Source: Trichomonas gallinae
Taxonomy: Eukaryota
Assembly: GCA_008369845.1 (NCBI GenBank)
Contig: MRSU01005896.1
Location: forward strand, 1-48,594
Direction of reading: 5' to 3'
DNA: 48,594 nt
How positions within the stretch are numbered: the first letter of the stretch is position 1; each line of letters opens with the position of its first letter. Under the pieces are notes generated by a model. It ran no database searches. It saw nothing but the letters and a program-made list of their open reading frames with translations, and had not been told where the DNA came from. This document shows, piece by piece, positions 42,573 through 48,594 of this stretch. The position numbers and the translations under genes were made by a program.

Positions 42573-44090
42573 ATGCAACAAGACTTCGTTTTCAAGTTGA
42601 GGAAACTTGGAACAGTAATAGAAGAACTGTATTACGTTAATGAGTCTAATGTCGAGACTACTTCAAAATTTTTAATCGAATATCTCGAAACAAGCCCAGA
42701 GTACTTACCAAATATAATTCATGCAATGTATAGAGTTTCAAAACAACGTTTTAACATAGGAATTAATCTTGCTGAAATTTTATCAAAAATTGCCAAGCAA
42801 AAATCAGAGTTTTCAGATGAAATATCAAACACCCTGTCGAAAAATTTACGCGATGAATATCTATTTTTCCTTCATTTCTGTCTAAGAAAAAATTTAGTCC
42901 GACTTGAACAGCTTAAAGTTTGTATAGAAGATTTTTTAATCGACAATAATGCATGGTATTTTAATAGTAAAATGTTTTATTACCTTGGATACTTCTTTCG
43001 AGAAAAAGAAACAGAATTTTATAAAAGGCACTCAGCGAAAGTCAAATATCATGATTCCTTTAATCACGAACTTATATGCAACATATTTAACGATCAAAAC
43101 AACTACTTTCATACTGTTGTGTATGGAGATCGACCTAATGAATTTCGCTCCATCGTATTGAGTGATGATCTCGATGCATTTATCAAGTATACTAACGATA
43201 AAAATCTCCTGGAAATTTTATATACAAATTTCGAACCATTAATTGAAAATCCTTATAATTCCAGCAACGCATTGTATTTAATAACTTTTGCTAAATCCAC
43301 AAAGATATTTACCCATTTACTTCTTGTGTACCCAAATGTAGTCAATTACATAGATAGGACCGCCATAGATGGCGGATGTTTGGAAATTTTGAAATATTTC
43401 GATAAATTCGATCAAGGCGCATTATATCAAGCATATTTCTCCCACCATATGGATATTGCGGAGTGGATACAAGAGAGAATCAAGCGTGATGCATCGGAAA
43501 TTGAATCATTTGTTGCTTATAGTAACTATGTGTCAGTTGCGATCGAAAATAATATTAAAATTGTTTCAATTGTCAAAGCTTGCGCATTTAAGTCCGCAGA
43601 AGTCTTATTATATTCATTAAGTCGTGGAGATTTAATAACTAACAAAGTCAATATAGATTATGTGATCGAAAATGATCTATATCTCGTTTTGAAAGAGATT
43701 TTGAAGCAAACTGCTGCAACTAGAAGAATGTTAGCTGTCGCTATTATGAAAAGAGCTAGGAACTGCTATGAATTGCTCGAAAAATGCGACATAGATATTG
43801 AAAAGTTTCAAATTAAGATTGATTCCAATGCTCCTGATTTAAACATTATCGACTCCCCATTTCAACCGCTCATAGACGGTTGCAGATACGAGTATTTCTA
43901 CGTTCTTGCATATAAATGTAAATTCTTCTACGCGTTTCTAAAATTGTGCTCGAAAGTTTCTGATTGGAGCGATTTTGATGGGTCTATGTTCGTGGAAGCA
44001 CCAAAAAAATACAAGAGAATACTGGAAAAACATGGAGCTCCTAAAATACCTGATTATATTTATGATGATGATCCAGACTTATATACATAA
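42573..44090 (+). CDS. DUF3447 / degenerate ankyrin-repeat protein (trichomonad-expanded family)
   Basis: IVLSDDLDAF, FAKSTKIFTHLL, AIDGGCLEILKY and YFSHHMDIAEWI follow the DUF3447 pattern (I..DD...F / F.S.K.FK.L / AI.GGN.EI / HH.DI..W). Confidence 0.7.
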   Translation: MQQDFVFKLRKLGTVIEELYYVNESNVETTSKFLIEYLETSPEYLPNIIHAMYRVSKQRFNIGINLAEILSKIAKQKSEFSDEISNTLSKNLRDEYLFFLHFCLRKNLVRLEQLKVCIEDFLIDNNAWYFNSKMFYYLGYFFREKETEFYKRHSAKVKYHDSFNHELICNIFNDQNNYFHTVVYGDRPNEFRSIVLSDDLDAFIKYTNDKNLLEILYTNFEPLIENPYNSSNALYLITFAKSTKIFTHLLLVYPNVVNYIDRTAIDGGCLEILKYFDKFDQGALYQAYFSHHMDIAEWIQERIKRDASEIESFVAYSNYVSVAIENNIKIVSIVKACAFKSAEVLLYSLSRGDLITNKVNIDYVIENDLYLVLKEILKQTAATRRMLAVAIMKRARNCYELLEKCDIDIEKFQIKIDSNAPDLNIIDSPFQPLIDGCRYEYFYVLAYKCKFFYAFLKLCSKVSDWSDFDGSMFVEAPKKYKRILEKHGAPKIPDYIYDDDPDLYT

Positions 44091-44276
44091 TAAGCAATCT
44101 AATTTCAAGTTTATGTCTACAGTATTTTGCGACGTTTACAGCTTTCTGCGCAAGCTCTATTTATGAAAATAAATTGAATGCAAAAAAATTGTAATTCAAG
44201 CAGAAATGAGTCAGAATATGGCGATAAATGCTCTTTATTTTTATGTTTGTTGATGTAAATTTATCATTTTTCTTGA

Positions 44277-45959
44277 ATGAATTTGATATTATTTTTACTA
44301 ATAAATTTTAAACAAATTCATAAAGAAAATTCATCGTTACAGATATATATAGCTAAAGTAGGCCTGAAACAAAGTCCATTTGGCTCCATTCGCTATGAAA
44401 ATTTACCATTTTGTTTTTTAAATTCGACAAATATCGATAAATCATCGATAATTCAGCGAATTTATGGCGAAAACATACGTGAAATCAACACAAATTTCCA
44501 GTATTTTCATGATTCTTCCAAATTTCTAAATTGCAAAATGGAAATTGACAATAAAATTAGAAACAAACTGAATGAATCAATCAATGATAGATATTGGATG
44601 AAAATAAATGTAGAAAATCTATATCATTTCGTACAATTTGGCAGTGCTTCATCAAATGGTCGAAGAATATTCAGCCATTACCATTTTACATTTATTCACT
44701 ACAACAAAAAACTACAAGATTTTTCAATTGCGCCATCAGATCCAGTAGATATCGAATCTTCATCGATTTCATTTTATTTTTCATCAGAATGGCAAGAAAT
44801 CAACAAAAAACTCACCATAGATACAAAACATAGCCAATACTTTCTGAATATTATGTTCAAAGTCCATTTTAAGAAAACAATAATAATTTTCTTAATTTTA
44901 GCTGCTTTAATCATATTTGTTAGAAATATTTATGTTTTCTACATCAAGGACAACTCTAGTGAACTCAAAGATGTTCCGATGGTTGAAACTTTCGGTTTTA
45001 GCTTCGATAATTTTCGAGAATTGGCTGCTGACGTTTATAGGACTCCAGTCTTGTCATCTGTATTATATCCAGCAGTTGGAGCTGGTATTCAGATGATTTT
45101 TATCATTTTATTGCAATTTATTATTAATTATTTATTTTTCGATAGATTATGGACATCTTATCAATTGTGGACCACATTTATATTATCTACACTGACAGGG
45201 CCAATTTCATCATATTTCACTATGCATTGCTCTTCAACTTTCTTTGTGAATGGAAAAATATTGGCTTCTTTCTCTCCATTCATTCTCCCGGTGTCAATGC
45301 TAATCATAGCTTATATACTCAGTATTGGCTCTGTTATTTTCAGCTCAACACGCATTTTGCCGATTTTTTCAATCTTCAAATTGCTAATAATCATAATAGC
45401 GACATCTTCTATATCAGCAATAGTAGGAATCAAAATGTATGAAATATTTCCAATTCCAAAACTTTATAATACGCCAGAACCAGCAATTTATCCATCAAAT
45501 ATTCCGCTGCTTGGGAAATTGGTGAATATACCACTTGGATTAGTTATTGGAGTCCTAGTTGCTTTTCTTGATGGACAGGAATTAACTTATATTTCATATT
45601 CAATCATTCAGATGAGAAAAATTTCGTATTGGGGCTTCATAATTATAAAATCAGTTATGATTCTCATGAGTACTGCATGTATCACAGCAATTGGTGTTTT
45701 TTTCTTGCTAGTTTTCCAAAATTACAATTGGCAATGGTTTGCCTTCGTTTCTCCAGCTTCATCAGGAATATATTTAGCTATATATTGCAGCTGGATATTC
45801 AAATCCTTAATTAATGAGCGAAAAATTATTATTTCGTTTGAAACATCGATAATAACAGTTTTTATAGGTTTGACATTTTCGTTGATTAATGGGTGCTGCG
45901 GATATATAGCGTCAAGTGTTCTTGTCCACAAAATGTATGAAGATAGGAAAGTTGATTAA
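44277..45959 (+). CDS. Nonaspanin / TM9SF / endomembrane protein 70 (divergent)
   Basis: Luminal domain with YENLPFC, about 9 TM helices, DVYRTP...VGAGIQ, NYNWQWFAF, C-terminal KVD (KxD/E motif). Confidence 0.88.
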   Translation: MNLILFLLINFKQIHKENSSLQIYIAKVGLKQSPFGSIRYENLPFCFLNSTNIDKSSIIQRIYGENIREINTNFQYFHDSSKFLNCKMEIDNKIRNKLNESINDRYWMKINVENLYHFVQFGSASSNGRRIFSHYHFTFIHYNKKLQDFSIAPSDPVDIESSSISFYFSSEWQEINKKLTIDTKHSQYFLNIMFKVHFKKTIIIFLILAALIIFVRNIYVFYIKDNSSELKDVPMVETFGFSFDNFRELAADVYRTPVLSSVLYPAVGAGIQMIFIILLQFIINYLFFDRLWTSYQLWTTFILSTLTGPISSYFTMHCSSTFFVNGKILASFSPFILPVSMLIIAYILSIGSVIFSSTRILPIFSIFKLLIIIIATSSISAIVGIKMYEIFPIPKLYNTPEPAIYPSNIPLLGKLVNIPLGLVIGVLVAFLDGQELTYISYSIIQMRKISYWGFIIIKSVMILMSTACITAIGVFFLLVFQNYNWQWFAFVSPASSGIYLAIYCSWIFKSLINERKIIISFETSIITVFIGLTFSLINGCCGYIASSVLVHKMYEDRKVD

Positions 45960-46059
45960 CTTTCCATTATAAATATGTAAGTAAATATGTTATTAATACG
46001 GATGCATAATAGAATATTGTATTTATTTAGTGGATTTCTTATTCTCAACATAATATTCG

Positions 46060-47244
46060 TTATTTTTGAAGGTGCGCCTTTGCGAAATCGCTCAATACCT
46101 TGCAAACGCGATCGACATCGTCATCTGTTAAGCCATGGTGGCAGCCAACCAAGAATCCGTTCTTCATAACTATATCGGATTCTGGGAATGAGCGCTTGGA
46201 CTCTTCTGGGAAGACGTTCAAGTAGGCTGGATGGCGGAGGATGTTGCCGGCCATTGTAACTCTTGTCTGAATCTGATTATCTTCAAGATACGTGAGAAGC
46301 TCCATTCTGTGCGGGCATTCGAGTGGGAATGCAAGGAGGAGGATCTCTGGCTTGATATCTGGCAATTTGTAGTACTTGGATGCGTATTCGTCTTCTCTAA
46401 GGTTCTTCAAATACCTGTTAATATGATTGTGGCGGATTTCTTCGAATTTTGGAAGCTTTTCCAGTTGTGTTAAACCAAAAGCAGCGTTCATTTCGCAAGC
46501 CTTGAAATTATAGCCGAATTCAACGTATAAGAACTTCCAGTCGTATTGAACGTCACCAAGGAGTCCATGGTTGAATCTTTCTGCGATCGATTCATCGTTA
46601 TTTCCAGCGCGTCCCCAATCACGAATGCGAAGGGCTCTGTTGTACCAATCCAAGTTGTTAAACATGACGATACCTCCTGTGCCACCGGCTGTGATGATGT
46701 GGGATGAGTAGAACGAGCATGTGGCGATATCTGTTTCCGGTGTATGAGTAATCGTGTCGCAGGAGTCTTCAATTAGGATAATATCGCTGCGACCCATTTT
46801 AACGAGCTGAGCCTTCAATGCTGTCCAATCGATCTTGTTGCCGAGGAGATTCGGAATCATGATAACTTTCGTGTTCGGCGTAACCTCAGCGATAACCTGC
46901 TCGACTGATGGCACGTAACGCTGTGGAGAGATGTCGCAGAATTTAACCTTTGCTCCATTCTGTACTAATGGTGCGACCGTTGTTGAAAATGTGCAAGCTG
47001 GTGTAACTACTTCAACTCCGGGGCCGATTCCTGCACAGATGACTGCCAGCATATTGGCGGATGAGCCACTGTTAACAAATAAGCCGTATTTCTTTCCGAA
47101 GCGTTCTGAAAGTTTCTTTTCGAACTCTGCGGTCCTTGGGCCTGGTGACAGCCAGCCATCATTTAAACATGCAACAACAGCGTCAATTTCCTTCTGATCG
47201 TAGGCCTCCATTCTGTTTGGAGCATACCAGACTTTTTTCGTCAT
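46060..47244 (-). CDS. DegT/DnrJ/EryC1/StrS-family B6 enzyme, RfbH/ColD-type NDP-4-keto-6-deoxysugar 3-dehydratase-like
   Basis: FVNSGSSANM, TFSTTVAP, PNLLGN, LIEDSCD, SFYSSHIITAGGTGG (His at the usual Lys position), IRDWGR, GYNFK, TMAGNILRHPAY. Confidence 0.9.
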   Translation of the reverse strand: MTKKVWYAPNRMEAYDQKEIDAVVACLNDGWLSPGPRTAEFEKKLSERFGKKYGLFVNSGSSANMLAVICAGIGPGVEVVTPACTFSTTVAPLVQNGAKVKFCDISPQRYVPSVEQVIAEVTPNTKVIMIPNLLGNKIDWTALKAQLVKMGRSDIILIEDSCDTITHTPETDIATCSFYSSHIITAGGTGGIVMFNNLDWYNRALRIRDWGRAGNNDESIAERFNHGLLGDVQYDWKFLYVEFGYNFKACEMNAAFGLTQLEKLPKFEEIRHNHINRYLKNLREDEYASKYYKLPDIKPEILLLAFPLECPHRMELLTYLEDNQIQTRVTMAGNILRHPAYLNVFPEESKRSFPESDIVMKNGFLVGCHHGLTDDDVDRVCKVLSDFAKAHLQK

Positions 47245-48594
47245 GTAAAATAATTAAAAATTATTGTCACTTTTTCACGAAAATTTAAAAATCGAAAAAT
47301 CAAAACTAAAATCGATAATCTATATCCATCAATTTAAAAAATCAAATTCAAAAGTTTACATCTTCTCAATGGAAAATGAGATTAACTCATCACTGCATTT
47401 TCCACAGTACTGTTAAGCAGCAGAAAAGATTTTGAGTTTCTAATCCGAGATCTTATATTTTTTTCAAAATTTATCAAATAAAAAAAATTAAAGAGTTGTT
47501 AAATTTATAGAACGACAGCAAAATGATATATAAATTTGGTATTATTTCGCTCAAAGTCAAATATTTGAGCGGTTTATGATATGACTGATCAAAATCACAA
47601 TCATTTTGCTCGTGAGCGGATTGTGAAGTATTCAAGTTTATCATGATAGTCAAACAAATTATAAATATATATAGTGGAACTAAAATTAGTGTCGTAACGT
47701 GCTTGACTTTTGAGAGAATTTTGATTGCACTAAATGAGTTTTTATATATAAATCACATTCATAAAAAATCTATGAGTTTTTTTTTTTTGTGATCCCTTAG
47801 AATTGTTTGAATGAGTCTTATGAAAATAGATTGGTTTACATTAAAATTTGATATGTAAATTGTGTTTTACATGTCAAATAGAGTATTTTACAATGACAGA
47901 TTGACAAATTTTCTGTCAAAATTTCAAAGAATTACATATATTTTCTGTCATGTAAATATCTGAGAATCTGATACTGTAAGACAAATGATAAATTTAATAC
48001 AAACTTCATTTCAAAAGTCTAACGTTTCAGATCCGATTTTGAAATATATATATAAATAAACATATATTTAATTTTTGTTTATTGTTTGCCGAAAGTTATC
48101 TGTCCAGGTCTATGAGGAATGTATTTCTACCTTTGATACTTTCAAAACATTGTCTAAACTTGTGCAGCATAATTTCTATGGAGCCATATTTGTATAAAAG
48201 AAGCTCGTTGGTGCACGTACTAGTTTTTGGAAGAGCGGCTGTCTTCATCCATGTCCATATTCATATTGCCAATAAATTTAATTTTGAAATCATCAAAAGG
48301 GGAGAGTTTCTTGTGAGGAACAAATAAAGTTCTTCACTTTTGAACTGACCTATGGCCGATAGCAGCATGTTTTTTTGAGAAGACGCCACATCATTAAATC
48401 ACAGATTGTTCACTTCATTTACTTCGATGGTCATATTCTCATGCCTACTACATGATCATAGTCGAATGTGCTATGAAATGGTGTGAAGCATATCTTGATA
48501 GCATTACTGACATGATTAAGGGCGGGCTCCTCAGTTTTTGGAACCTTATTTTGGAATATATCTCTGTATATGAACTAGTAGCAATCATATAACT

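Noticed and set aside
14697..47273. AAAGTGAC/GTCACTTT at 14697, 14724, 24369, 29756, 32571, 32644, 36712 and 47266
   Set aside because: Real, but it corresponds to an already described T. vaginalis upstream motif (M2-type), so it is not novel.

Overview
AT-rich, gene-dense, apparently intron-free eukaryotic DNA that reads as a trichomonad (Trichomonas vaginalis or a close relative). This is inferred from TCAYW initiator-like, AAAGTGAC and RCGGTT promoter motifs, stop codons embedded in TAAA, the codon bias, a DUF3447-type protein and a class F flavodiiron fusion. About 20 genes are supported: a divergent 14-3-3, a 4119-aa single-headed axonemal dynein heavy chain (DNAH1-like), a type I surface protein, an ODAD3/CCDC151-like coiled coil, ribosomal protein eL29 (missed by the ORF track), a flavodiiron-rubredoxin-NADH oxidoreductase fusion, KRR1, a dihydrouridine synthase, a signal peptide peptidase, a QRICH2/DUF4795-like coiled coil, Rab GGTase beta, an enolase with an N-terminal docking-like domain, a DUF3447 protein, a TM9SF protein and an RfbH/ColD-type sugar dehydratase, plus hypotheticals. 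No transposase, rRNA, tRNA or CRISPR was seen, and I see no clear multi-gene novel system. The best leads are the His-type sugar 3-dehydratase lacking the Fe-S cysteines, the docking-domain enolase, two micro-ORFs missing from the track, a recurrent intergenic TTTGAC-RY-GTAAA element and a 160-bp foldback. All family assignments come from motif recognition by eye, not from database searches.
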